A stretch of 64,000 nt of DNA from Fibrobacterales bacterium. Lineage in GTDB: Bacteria; Fibrobacterota; Fibrobacteria; Fibrobacterales; JAOPTW01. How positions within the stretch are numbered: position 1 is the first letter of the stretch; the number at the start of each line of letters is the position of its first letter. A program made the position numbers and the translations under genes. Positions 39,375-49,386 of the stretch are shown here, in pieces. The DNA is taken from positions 8,802 through 72,801 of the forward strand of contig JAOPTW010000033.1 in assembly GCA_051532035.1 (NCBI GenBank), in the 5' to 3' direction. The notes under the pieces are model-generated. The model saw only the letters and a program-made list of their open reading frames with translations, was not told the DNA's origin and did no database searches.

Positions 39375-40513
39375 TAGTACGCCTCCTGTGGGTACTATTG
39401 CTGACACTGGTTGTTGTGTCTGCCGAAACCCTAACAGTAGAAGGCACCGGGTGGGGTGTATCAGAGAATGAAGCAATTATGCAGGCGAAACGCGATGCTC
39501 TCGCACGTGGAATAGGTCAGCTGCTCGTCAGTAAAACTGAAGTTGAAAATTTTATGGTCAAGAGGGATCAGATTATTTCTCAAACTTTAGGACATGTAAA
39601 AAAAATTGAAGTTCTCTCAACAAAGCGTGCTGCTGACAGTTCTTTTGAAGTTACCATACGTGCTGAAGTGTCAAAAGAGGGCATTTCAACAGATGTGGCA
39701 GCTCTTCTTCTCTTAAAAGATGCCATTGGAAACCCTCGCATTGCTATGCTCATAGATGAAAAAGCCATTGGAGCTCCAGGTGAATCGGTTAATTTAACTG
39801 AGACACTTCTGATAGACTTCTTTAAAAGTCGTGGATTTGAAGTGGTGGATCCATCCTATGCTTTAGCCTTTCGTGAGAGTGAAAAAGGCGCAGAGGCAAT
39901 GGCAGGGAATCCCGAGATGGCTGCAGAACTGGGCGCTCAACTCAATGCAGATATGATTATTGTGGGCAAGGTTGTTGCAAGGGAATCTGATGTGTCTCAC
40001 ATAAAGGCTTTTACCAACTCGTCAATGAAGTCGGCGAGCGCGAATGTCTCACTAAAAGCGATACACGTCTTATCTCGACAAGTGGCTGCGGCTAAGAAGG
40101 TCGATGCGCCAGCAATTCATGTGAATACTCACACAGCGGGTAACCGGGCGATTGAAAAGGCTGTGTCCAAACTTCTTGAGGGCAAGAAAAAAACTGAAGA
40201 ATCATTTTTTGATGCCCTTGTGACCTCTTGGAAATCTTCGGCAAATGATGGGGCGCTTTTTAGGCTCACCGTTTCAGGGGTTACATCTTATGCGATAAGT
40301 AAAAAAGTGACTGAGGTACTGAATGGATCAATAGGAGAGTCTTATAGGCCGCGTTCTTATAAAAAACCCGTTGTAGAGGGTGATCTAATCTTTATTGGGA
40401 GCTCTAGCGATTTGTGTGATAAATTAGATGGGAAGCCCGTCACTAAAAAGAACATTTTGAGTGTAGAAAAGTGCGCTCATTCAGAGGTTTTTCTCAATCT
40501 CATTAAAAAGTAG
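39371..40513 (+). CDS. Secreted FlgT-N/LPP20 plus CsgG-like protein
   Basis: Signal peptide; EGTG...A...AKRDAL, VENFMV, NPRIAML, GFEVVD and LNADMIIVG motifs; ATGA overlap. Confidence 0.7.
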   Translation: MIVRLLWVLLLTLVVVSAETLTVEGTGWGVSENEAIMQAKRDALARGIGQLLVSKTEVENFMVKRDQIISQTLGHVKKIEVLSTKRAADSSFEVTIRAEVSKEGISTDVAALLLLKDAIGNPRIAMLIDEKAIGAPGESVNLTETLLIDFFKSRGFEVVDPSYALAFRESEKGAEAMAGNPEMAAELGAQLNADMIIVGKVVARESDVSHIKAFTNSSMKSASANVSLKAIHVLSRQVAAAKKVDAPAIHVNTHTAGNRAIEKAVSKLLEGKKKTEESFFDALVTSWKSSANDGALFRLTVSGVTSYAISKKVTEVLNGSIGESYRPRSYKKPVVEGDLIFIGSSSDLCDKLDGKPVTKKNILSVEKCAHSEVFLNLIKK

Positions 40514-40589
40514 TAGCTCTCTAAAATTAAGCGCTTTACACTCAAAAGGATATTTGTATATTCTTATAATAAGATGAGGAGAGAGCGAT

Positions 40590-40937
40590 ATGCCTTCAAA
40601 AATGAGTGAAAGTGATATTGATGATATTGCTTTGCAGAATGCAAATATTATTAATCAACAATATAATTCTGTACATGATGCTAAAAAAAGTAAACGGGGT
40701 GGTATAGCTTATTTAAAAAGTCATAGCATCTGTATTCTTCGTAAGGGGGATCGTGAAGAGTGGTGGTTTCGACTCCCTCGCGAATTCAAGTATAGTATCG
40801 GCATGCAATACGATGAGATTCATGAATGGCTTGTACAAAATAACAAACCCTGTTCAGCTGACGTATTTTTTAACCAGTTTCTTAATCCTGGTCGTTTTTC
40901 CGGGCCTGAACTTGAACAATTGAATACCACAAGCTAG
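40590..40937 (+). CDS. Hypothetical protein
   Basis: 115 aa ORF with GAGGAG RBS; no family recognised. Confidence 0.65.
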   Translation: MPSKMSESDIDDIALQNANIINQQYNSVHDAKKSKRGGIAYLKSHSICILRKGDREEWWFRLPREFKYSIGMQYDEIHEWLVQNNKPCSADVFFNQFLNPGRFSGPELEQLNTTS

Positions 40938-41030
40938 ACTCTTTTTAATAGTATAGATCTAATTGTCACATTCGTGGTTACCAAATTACATTTTCAATAC
41001 GTCTAATAGAAAACAGATTTAATAAGACGT

Positions 41031-42554
41031 ATGAAAAACCTAGACCATTTAATATCCCAATGTAATACTCCTCAAAAAGAAGCGGTCTTGTTTGATCATG
41101 CTCATGGGCCACTTCTCATTTTAGCAGGCGCAGGTACGGGTAAAACAACCGTGCTCACTCTTCGTATTGCCCATCTTTGTACCGCTGGAGTCAATCCAAG
41201 TACCATTGTAGCCCTTACCTTTACTCAAAAGGCGGCAATTGAGATGCGAGAACGACTTGAGCCTCTGATTGCACCTCTTATCACTCCTGCATTAAAGGGT
41301 GGTGTATTGAATCGTGTGGAGCTACCCACGGCAGCAACATTTCACTCCTTTGCCTATTCTCTTTTAAAGGACACTATTAATGGTACTCCCAATTACCAAA
41401 GAGTAGGGTTTAGTGCTATACCAAGAGTGGCAGAACAGGAGGAATTGAGGCGTGCGTTACAGAATGGTGAATCATTGCAGAGCGCCTCCCTTAAAACTGA
41501 TAGTGGCGATGAGAGAGAAAAGGTCATTGAAAACCCATTTTGTTTGGAGCAGCCTGATAGGAGTAGTGCTCGTATACTTACAGAGTGGTGTCGGCTCAAT
41601 AATGCACTCCCTTTTGAAAGTATGATTTCATTGACTCGGGTACTGCTCATGGATACCGAAGTTCAAAGGTGGTATCATCGCAGGTACAGTCATATTCTTG
41701 TTGACGAGTATCAGGATGTTAATATGAATCAATATTTGTTAAGCCGGCAGCTTATTGGAAATCGTCAAACTCTCTTTGTTGTAGGAGATGATGATCAAGC
41801 GATTTATGGGTTTAGGGGTGCGGATGTACGTAATATTCTGGCCTTTAAAAGTGATTATCCGCGGGCGCATATTATTAAGCTTGAACACAACTATCGTTCA
41901 ACGCAACCTATTATCACGTTGGCGAATCGCATATTTGCTGATAAGTCGCCTGAGTTTAGGAAGGAGTTACTGGTAGGGTCCCAGCGTGACACATCACTCT
42001 TTAGAGCATCAAAGCCAGTATGCCGAATAGATTTACCCTCAGGAATAGCTGAACTTCTTTGGATTCAAAGAACGATTACACACCTTCGAGAAGGCCATGG
42101 TATTTCCTATAGTGATTGTGCAATTCTTGCGCGATTAAATAGTCAAGTGTCTTACTATACGGAAGGGCTTAAGTATTTGAACGTCCCTGTAAAAGAGAGC
42201 AAAGAGATCGAGGATGATGCTGTTGTTATCCAAACAGTCCATGCATCTAAGGGGTTGCAGTACCCTGTAGTATTCTATGGAGGGGTTTCAAATGACCTTA
42301 CTCCACTAAAGAATAGTGCTGAAGAGAGCGATAGTGATGAGGATGAAGAGCGTCGCGTCTTTTATGTTGGTGTCACTCGAGCGGAGTCTCTCCTGTATCT
42401 TCTCCATACATCTAAGAGAGTTTTTAATAATAGAGCGAGGAAGTTTACTCCCTCGCTGTTTCTGAAATACTTGTTTGAATCACTGCATCAAAAAATACAG
42501 CGAAAGGTTCACTATGCTTTGAGTGCATCGTCAACAGCGTCTACAAGGCTTTGA
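41031..42554 (+). CDS. UvrD/Rep-like SF1A helicase, compact
   Basis: AGAGTGKT, LTFT.KAA, VDEYQD, VGDDDQAIYGFRGA, NYRS, TVHASKGL and YVGVTRA motifs. Confidence 0.92.
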   Translation: MKNLDHLISQCNTPQKEAVLFDHAHGPLLILAGAGTGKTTVLTLRIAHLCTAGVNPSTIVALTFTQKAAIEMRERLEPLIAPLITPALKGGVLNRVELPTAATFHSFAYSLLKDTINGTPNYQRVGFSAIPRVAEQEELRRALQNGESLQSASLKTDSGDEREKVIENPFCLEQPDRSSARILTEWCRLNNALPFESMISLTRVLLMDTEVQRWYHRRYSHILVDEYQDVNMNQYLLSRQLIGNRQTLFVVGDDDQAIYGFRGADVRNILAFKSDYPRAHIIKLEHNYRSTQPIITLANRIFADKSPEFRKELLVGSQRDTSLFRASKPVCRIDLPSGIAELLWIQRTITHLREGHGISYSDCAILARLNSQVSYYTEGLKYLNVPVKESKEIEDDAVVIQTVHASKGLQYPVVFYGGVSNDLTPLKNSAEESDSDEDEERRVFYVGVTRAESLLYLLHTSKRVFNNRARKFTPSLFLKYLFESLHQKIQRKVHYALSASSTASTRL

Positions 42555-42871
42555 CGATTAACGCCACTATGGCTATCGTGCCAAATAACATCACCATTTT
42601 TTAAAAGAATTACTTGTGGGGATTCGTGCTTTATTGAGAAGGATGCCGCTATTTCTTTTGAAACAGGACGCGCACCAATAACATTCACTTGATAGAGATT
42701 GACTTTATCGTGCAATTCTGGGTTTTCGTCGATAAAAACATTGAATTCGTTTTGCGAGTAGTGACTCACAGGGCAAACAGGTGAGTATTTCAAAATAAGA
42801 GTAGGACGTTCGAGACTACTTTGCATCGCTTCGGGAATATGTGATAATTCCGTCATTTCTTGTAAAACCAT
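42512..42871 (-). CDS. ytxJ: YtxJ/BrxC-like monothiol thioredoxin-fold protein
   Basis: KYSPVCPVS, R.VS..IA, HESPQ and WHDSH motifs. Confidence 0.85.
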   Translation of the reverse strand: MVLQEMTELSHIPEAMQSSLERPTLILKYSPVCPVSHYSQNEFNVFIDENPELHDKVNLYQVNVIGARPVSKEIAASFSIKHESPQVILLKNGDVIWHDSHSGVNRQSLVDAVDDALKA

Positions 42872-42992
42872 GGTATGTTCCTGATTATGTTGTGCTGAAA
42901 ATATATATTTTGGAAGCGCCCCAGTCCTGCTAATCGTACTGTGAACTATAAGGGCGGATAAATATTACAAAGTTTTAATATAAGGGTATACC

Positions 42993-44780
42993 ATGTTGAC
43001 CTTTTTTCGTTTTTTGCCTCTCTGTGTAACACTACTCGTTGGATTCAGTGGGTGTATCTTTGAGAGTGAAGCTGACAACACTCCATCTGGAGAGGTAGTT
43101 TTAAGTAGTGTCTCTGGCCAAGGGGCGGTGAGTAGTTCTTCTAATCAATTGGCAGTGAGTAGTGCCCTTACCATACCCGGTGTAACACTTCCAACTCCTC
43201 CTGTATATCACGTGGATGAATATCAGTATTTAAGCACATTACAGAATACTCTGTTTGCGCCACTCTATGTGGATAGTGTTGTAGTTGATGGGGTCAAGGT
43301 CGATAGCATGTTTTATCAAGGTGCCCTAGTGGATTCGGTACCCGGAGGAACCCTTGTTGTTATAGCGCGCCCCAGTGATGACTTCCAAACAATACTTGCA
43401 TCTACGAGAGAACAACTGAATAATTGTGCGCCAAATATTGCCACTCGTTATAATACCGAGCGTATTGAGAAAATAATTGATACCCTCGATTTTTTCTTTC
43501 AGACAGCACAGGTGGGGGATGAGGCAGCGTTATACTATATCAATGCCATTGATACTTTAGGATTTGTCTCTCAAAACTGTGTGAATCAGGATCCTATATT
43601 GGCTGAAGCCTATACGATACTTGCAAAGGAATATCTCTATAGAGAGGACATAAAACCGTTTGAGGAGTATACAACGATTGATGAGCTTTTTGCGGGGCTG
43701 TCAGATAGGTTCACAGAATATGTGCCTGCAACGCCCAACCTTACCCAGCAACAGACCCAGTGGCTTGCCCCAGTAACCCCTGGTATTATTGGTATTACCT
43801 ATCAGAGTGATGGGAATGCCGTCGATGGAACTGATACGTTGATAGTAAGTGATGTATTTCCCTTTTCACCGGCAGAACGTGCGGGAATGCTTAAGGGTGA
43901 TAGGATTATTCGAGTCAATGACTCTCTTGTTGTAGCAACGGGGAATAATATTAACCGATTCAGAGCGTTTTCTGAGGGTAAAGAGGGAACAGTACTCACT
44001 TTTGAACTCCTTCGGGGGGACTCACTCCTTACTCTTACAGTTACCAAAGAGAATATCAGAGTACCAACAGTTTGGGTCGATTCAATAAATGGCTTAGGGA
44101 TGATATCAGTAGATCGATTCTCTTCTTTAACATATGATCCAAATGGTCAAGGGACCTACTCTGAGTTTAAGGATGCGCTTATTAAAACAGCCCACTTTCC
44201 TCATACTATTATTGATTTTGAGAACAATGGAGGTGGTGTAGTGTCGCAATGTACTAACATGGCTGATGAGCTTGTTAAAGGGGAACTCCTCTATAAAATT
44301 AAATATATGGATGAGGGAATATTGATTAATGAAGATGTTCCTGCAACAATTGGTGGCCTTGGAGAAGAGCGAAGCTTCTCATTTCTTGCAAATAAAGGGA
44401 GTGCAAGTTGTACCGAAATCTTTCTTATCGCTGTTACAGAAAATCGACCGGATAAGATTTATGGAACCACTACCTATGGAAAGGGAATTGGCCAAGGGAT
44501 CTTTCTCCTCGAAGGTGGACTTGGTGGAACAGTAAAGGTGACCTCAACAGAGTTTTTAGGGCCTTTAGGCACTTCATACCACATCAAGGGTATCGTCCCC
44601 CATGTGGAAGTAACTTTAGGGGTGAGTGCTTTGGATAAGGCACTTGAAGCCTATGCCATTGAAAATACGCCCCTTCAGACACAAAAACGTTCAATGGGAA
44701 CATTATCTGAGTCAATTGAGAAAAATTGGGAGTATGAGCGTTTTACTGAGCCAGTTTTAGTAAATGACCTAAAAAAATAG
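42993..44780 (+). CDS. S41 family (carboxyl-terminal) protease lipoprotein, paralogue A
   Basis: Lipobox FSGC; PDZ SPAERAG...GD.I; DFENNGGG, SASCTE and TYGKG motifs. Confidence 0.9.
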   Translation: MLTFFRFLPLCVTLLVGFSGCIFESEADNTPSGEVVLSSVSGQGAVSSSSNQLAVSSALTIPGVTLPTPPVYHVDEYQYLSTLQNTLFAPLYVDSVVVDGVKVDSMFYQGALVDSVPGGTLVVIARPSDDFQTILASTREQLNNCAPNIATRYNTERIEKIIDTLDFFFQTAQVGDEAALYYINAIDTLGFVSQNCVNQDPILAEAYTILAKEYLYREDIKPFEEYTTIDELFAGLSDRFTEYVPATPNLTQQQTQWLAPVTPGIIGITYQSDGNAVDGTDTLIVSDVFPFSPAERAGMLKGDRIIRVNDSLVVATGNNINRFRAFSEGKEGTVLTFELLRGDSLLTLTVTKENIRVPTVWVDSINGLGMISVDRFSSLTYDPNGQGTYSEFKDALIKTAHFPHTIIDFENNGGGVVSQCTNMADELVKGELLYKIKYMDEGILINEDVPATIGGLGEERSFSFLANKGSASCTEIFLIAVTENRPDKIYGTTTYGKGIGQGIFLLEGGLGGTVKVTSTEFLGPLGTSYHIKGIVPHVEVTLGVSALDKALEAYAIENTPLQTQKRSMGTLSESIEKNWEYERFTEPVLVNDLKK

Positions 44781-44924
44781 AGTATAGTGCTCACAGTTTG
44801 TGAACTGTAATTGATCATTTTCAGAGTACTTTTTTCGGTGTCACTTTGGAAATTATATATTATAACTAAGACATATGATTGATTGTGCCCTTAGGAGGGT
44901 TTGGTGGAGTTTTTAATATCTAAA

Positions 44925-46616
44925 ATGATTCGTAGTATTGCTTTGGTAGGAGTGACTGTTCTTTCGTCATGCCTGCTTTTAGAGACTGAATCAAATACAA
45001 AATATCCTGGTGAATCAGTTGTGTATGATCTTGAAGATCATACTGTTTTTAAAAGCGATACTAAAAAGATGTTTCTTCGCTTAAAAGCTGATAGTGTACT
45101 CGTTGATGGGGTAATGAGTGATAGTATGTATTACCGAGGCTCAAGGGTTGATAGCGTCGAAGTGGGCTATTTCAAAATCGTTGCCCTGCCAGCACCGGGA
45201 GGAGTAGAGCGTCTTGATTCTGCCTATAGTGCTATTTCACAGTGTGAGTCATGGCAATACACGAATAGCAAGCAAGCACGCCTGTTAACAGTTGTCGATA
45301 CGCTTCGAGGGTTTTATGACACCGTAGCAATTGGTCAAGTGTATGATCTCTATTATCGTAATGCGATTGATTCAATATCAGCAGCAGAGAATTTTTGCAA
45401 AAATCGAGAGGGTATTTTAGCAGAAACGTATAACTTACTTTTGAATGAATACCTCTATGACCAGGACCTTAAGCCATATAACTCTTATAGTAATGTGGAA
45501 TTTATGTTCGATGGGTTAAGTGATCGCTTTACCAGTTATAGAAAGCCGACCCCTAATCCTACTCAGCAGCAAACCCAATGGCTTGCACCGGTCACTCCAG
45601 GGAAAATAGGCATAAAATATGTCAATACGGGAAGTGTTGCAAAACAGACTGATACCTTGGTCATTACCGAGGTCTACCCCATGTCACCAGCTGAGGATGC
45701 AGGCCTGTTGAAGGGTGACAAAATATTGAGTGTTGATTCAGTGGCGGTATTTAGTACCGGTGATAATCTTACACTATTTAATGAACTTACAAAAGGTGAA
45801 GCAGGTAAGACAATTCTTTTTGAAATTAAGCGAAGTGGGACCACCTTTTTTACTTCGGCAACAAAGGATAATATCCGCGTGCCAACGGTATGGGTCGATT
45901 CGGTTTTTACTGGGTGGTCAAATGTAATCAAGGCTATCGGGCTCATTGAAATAGATCGATTCTCAACAAAAACTTATGATCCAAATGCAGAAGGTACCAA
46001 ATCAGAATTTAAAATTGCCTTGGCAAAAACGGCCCACTTTGAGCACACCATTATTGATTTTAGAAGTAATGGTGGGGGTGTGGTGTCTCAGTGTACTGAA
46101 ATGGCTGATGAGCTTGTGGCAGGTGGGATTTTGTACAGAAGAAACTCAATGTATGAAGGTAAAAAATATAGCTCAGCTGTAGAAGGTTCACTTGGCGGCC
46201 TTGGTGAGAACCGGAGATTTACTTTTTTAGTAAATGGTGGTAGTGCAAGCTGTACCGAAATTTTTCTTATCGCTATTCGTGAAAACAGAGGAGACACCAT
46301 TATTGGTGATACAACTTATGGCAAAGGTATTGGGCAAGGTATTCATCAAATTAATGAAGGCCTTGGCGGCTCAGCAAAAGTAACGTCGAGTGAGTATATC
46401 GGTAAATTAGGCACGGTGTACCATCTCAAAGGAATTGTGCCAGATATTGTTATCGAAAAGGACCAAGATGCTATGGATGTTGCTATTGAATTACTGGCTG
46501 GTTCTTTAAAGATAACGCAAAAGCGGTCAATGACTCCCCCGAGACAACACTCTGAAACAGAGTATATTCCAGAGGAAGAACCCTATCTTATCGATGACAT
46601 GCTGAAGCCTCAGTAG
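44925..46616 (+). CDS. S41 family protease lipoprotein, paralogue B
   Basis: Lipobox LSSC; PDZ; DFRSNGGG, SASCTE, TYGKG and GIVPD motifs. Confidence 0.9.
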   Translation: MIRSIALVGVTVLSSCLLLETESNTKYPGESVVYDLEDHTVFKSDTKKMFLRLKADSVLVDGVMSDSMYYRGSRVDSVEVGYFKIVALPAPGGVERLDSAYSAISQCESWQYTNSKQARLLTVVDTLRGFYDTVAIGQVYDLYYRNAIDSISAAENFCKNREGILAETYNLLLNEYLYDQDLKPYNSYSNVEFMFDGLSDRFTSYRKPTPNPTQQQTQWLAPVTPGKIGIKYVNTGSVAKQTDTLVITEVYPMSPAEDAGLLKGDKILSVDSVAVFSTGDNLTLFNELTKGEAGKTILFEIKRSGTTFFTSATKDNIRVPTVWVDSVFTGWSNVIKAIGLIEIDRFSTKTYDPNAEGTKSEFKIALAKTAHFEHTIIDFRSNGGGVVSQCTEMADELVAGGILYRRNSMYEGKKYSSAVEGSLGGLGENRRFTFLVNGGSASCTEIFLIAIRENRGDTIIGDTTYGKGIGQGIHQINEGLGGSAKVTSSEYIGKLGTVYHLKGIVPDIVIEKDQDAMDVAIELLAGSLKITQKRSMTPPRQHSETEYIPEEEPYLIDDMLKPQ

Positions 46617-46617
46617 T

Positions 46618-47619
46618 TTATTCAATGATATCATAAACCAGGTCTTCAAGCTCCTGGTTTCTGTTCTCTACAAAATAGCGCCAGACTTGCTCAAGGTTTT
46701 TTCTGCGAATGAACATGAAGTAGGTTTGGGGGATAGAGTTTTTACACCCGTATACAAATTCAATTTTAAAATCCCGTTCAATAACACTGTCGAGAATAAT
46801 TCTTATTTTGAGAGGGGTGTAGAATTGGTTGGGCGTAATTTTAATTCCCGGTTTTGATATTAAATGACGAAACTGTTTAATCTTACTCAGGTCAAAAAAG
46901 TTGTCATGATCATTGAGTTTGAGATACTCTTTTTGATCATCGTTAATACTGCATATAATAGTTGAGTTGAGGAATATCTCTTCGGAGGTTACCATGCCGA
47001 TATTTTGGAGTTGAATACTCACGATAATATCAACCTTTTCCTCATAGATGATGGGCGGTTCAATAAGATAGTTGTGGGTTAATATTGGCGCTGGGTGCCC
47101 CCCAAACATCTTAGAGAGCATTATGTGTGGGATAGAGACAAAGGTGGCGCCAGAACGCATAAAATACTTTTCATTGTAGAGCGATCGTAGTGGTTCCCCT
47201 TGAAGTTTTGGGATATACGAGACCATGATGCCGTCGTCATCACCAGTGGCAATGTCAATGTTTTCAATTCCAGCATTGATGGGAATGGTTAAGCCAGATA
47301 CCAGTGAATCCATCCAACTTCTGTAACGCTTAATGTTGTGAATTGCATGAATTTCTGTAGGGACATCTTTATCATCAACTTTGTTGCGAGCACACTCTAC
47401 ACCCCATATAATAAGCCCCCCTTCGGTGTTCGAAAAGCCCGATATTGCCTTGGATAAATTCCCTCGATCAGTTTTATGAATGTGTTTATTGCCCCCGTTG
47501 TCGGCAGAACGCTTATAGTCAAGATAGAGCTCTTCAGAAACTTCATCTTCAATCATTTTGTGGATATAGCGTAAGCCATCTCGTTTAATATTGTCAAATA
47601 ACTCTTCTGCACGTCCCAT
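46618..47619 (-). CDS. Schlafen/AlbA_2 domain protein
   Basis: E...LDYK, LSKAISGFSNTEGGLIIWGV and YFMRSG motifs; C-terminal beta-rich domain. Likely start is ATG 47619. Confidence 0.85.
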   Translation of the reverse strand: MGRAEELFDNIKRDGLRYIHKMIEDEVSEELYLDYKRSADNGGNKHIHKTDRGNLSKAISGFSNTEGGLIIWGVECARNKVDDKDVPTEIHAIHNIKRYRSWMDSLVSGLTIPINAGIENIDIATGDDDGIMVSYIPKLQGEPLRSLYNEKYFMRSGATFVSIPHIMLSKMFGGHPAPILTHNYLIEPPIIYEEKVDIIVSIQLQNIGMVTSEEIFLNSTIICSINDDQKEYLKLNDHDNFFDLSKIKQFRHLISKPGIKITPNQFYTPLKIRIILDSVIERDFKIEFVYGCKNSIPQTYFMFIRRKNLEQVWRYFVENRNQELEDLVYDIIE

Positions 47620-47838
47620 AGGTACCCCGGAAGTCTTACTTTTAATATAAGCAAATATTGATTGGGGTTCGATAAAAGTCATAGAATTATTGTAATTTGT
47701 GTAGTTGATTGGGGAGATTGGGGTACATTCAGTTCAAATGTGTTTTTAATGAATGGCATTTTGATATTGGTCTCATACAAAAATCGTTCTTTGGGCTGTT
47801 TTTCTATCTTAATATCATAATACTCTTATAGGTATACA

Positions 47839-48405
47839 ATGGAATTTCTCTCTCAACCTTGGCCGTGGTATGTTGCGGGTCCCTTAATTGTCCTTACAAT
47901 GTTTCTCCTTCAGTGGCTCGGAAAGCGCTTTGGTATTTCGTCGGTTCTCGAAACAACCTGTACAATTGCAGGTGCTGGGAAAGTGTCTGACTATTTTAAA
48001 ACGGATTGGAAAAAAGAGTACTGGAACTATCTCTTTATTTTGGGAGGCATTCTTGGCGGGGTTATCTCTCATACTTTTTTAAATAATGGTACTGGCCCCG
48101 CAATTTCTGCTGAGACTAAGAGTGACTTAATGGCACTGGGTATTACGCAGTTTGATCAATTGGTTCCTGTTGAACTCTTTTCTGTAGAGATGCTCTCAAC
48201 ACCTGTTGGACTTATGCTTATGATCGGCGGTGGTTTTTTGGTAGGATTTGGTACCCGTTATGCAGGTGGGTGCACTTCGGGGCACTCAATTTCTGGAATA
48301 GCAAACCTCCAGCGTTCATCAATAATTGCTACCATATTTTTCTTTGTAGGGGGCCTTGTGGCTACGCACCTACTCCTTCCTCTTATTCTTGGAGGTGCAT
48401 CATGA
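47839..48405 (+). CDS. YeeE/YedE family sulfur-compound transporter subunit
   Basis: PWPWYVAGP, GISS and GGFLVGFGTRYAGGCTSGH motifs. Confidence 0.93.
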   Translation: MEFLSQPWPWYVAGPLIVLTMFLLQWLGKRFGISSVLETTCTIAGAGKVSDYFKTDWKKEYWNYLFILGGILGGVISHTFLNNGTGPAISAETKSDLMALGITQFDQLVPVELFSVEMLSTPVGLMLMIGGGFLVGFGTRYAGGCTSGHSISGIANLQRSSIIATIFFFVGGLVATHLLLPLILGGAS

Positions 48406-48815
48406 AGTCACTTGCCTTTATTGCAGTAGGAATACTTTTCGGAATGGTTATGACTCAGGCCGAGATAATATCTTGGTTTCGTATACAAGAGATGTTTCGC
48501 TTTCAGGCATTTCATATGTACGGAGTGATTGGTTCCGCTGTTGCCCTAGGTATCGTAATGAATGCTCTCATTAAGAAGTTTGGTGTTAAGAGTGTGGATG
48601 GATCAGAAATTGTACCCCCAACAAAGAACGGTACGATCATTCGCAATATTATAGGTGGCACGCTTTTTGGGATTGGATGGGCTTTTACGGGCGCCTGTCC
48701 AGGACCCCTCTTTGTACTTCTAGGTAATGGCCTCCCTCTATTTGGGGTTGTTATTATGAGTGCGATACTTGGTGCATTTACCTACGGGTGCTTTTCTAAA
48801 AAACTGCCAAAATAA
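48402..48815 (+). CDS. YeeE/YedE family partner subunit
   Basis: SWFRIQEMFRFQ.FHMYG and GG.LFGIGW...GACPGP motifs; ATGA overlap. Confidence 0.92.
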   Translation: MKSLAFIAVGILFGMVMTQAEIISWFRIQEMFRFQAFHMYGVIGSAVALGIVMNALIKKFGVKSVDGSEIVPPTKNGTIIRNIIGGTLFGIGWAFTGACPGPLFVLLGNGLPLFGVVIMSAILGAFTYGCFSKKLPK

Positions 48816-48831
48816 TTGTATATTTCTATGC

Positions 48832-49386
48832 ATGAAAATATTATTACTACTGATCTGTTTTACAGGGCTTATTTATAGTCACGAATTAGAAATGAGTGAC
48901 TCAACAGTTGTTGAACCAGTCATTGAAATAAGCTTTGGGTCGTCACTGCTTTATTTGGAACAGGATATTCTCACTGATGGGGTCGTTGATAGTGAGCGGC
49001 TCCCTGTTGCTTCAGTGGTTTTTCTCGCTGAATGGCTCTTCGCTAAAAACTGGTCACTTCCTTTGGCCATAAATATTCCAACAGAACCATCCCGACTTTT
49101 CAAAGATAGTGTCATGACAGAAGCACATGTCGCTTCCACTGTTGGAGCTGGGGTAACCTGGGTTCCTTTTCAATTTAAACCATTTGCAAGAGCCCAACTT
49201 AATCTACAAATTGGAGCCCTGATTTTTATGGATATAAATCCAAGGGATGAACGTGCATTCTATCTATTGCCCTTGTCGCGTATCCACATCGAGACCCCCA
49301 GTGGTTTTACACTATACTTTGGTGGGACCTATATTCCGACCCATCCTATTTTTGCCATAACCTATGGCGTGGGGCAACGATTTTGA
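48832..49386 (+). CDS. Putative small outer-membrane beta-barrel protein
   Basis: Signal peptide, amphipathic strands, C-terminal beta-signal-like ITYGVGQRF; TGATG overlap with the kinase. Confidence 0.62.
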   Translation: MKILLLLICFTGLIYSHELEMSDSTVVEPVIEISFGSSLLYLEQDILTDGVVDSERLPVASVVFLAEWLFAKNWSLPLAINIPTEPSRLFKDSVMTEAHVASTVGAGVTWVPFQFKPFARAQLNLQIGALIFMDINPRDERAFYLLPLSRIHIETPSGFTLYFGGTYIPTHPIFAITYGVGQRF

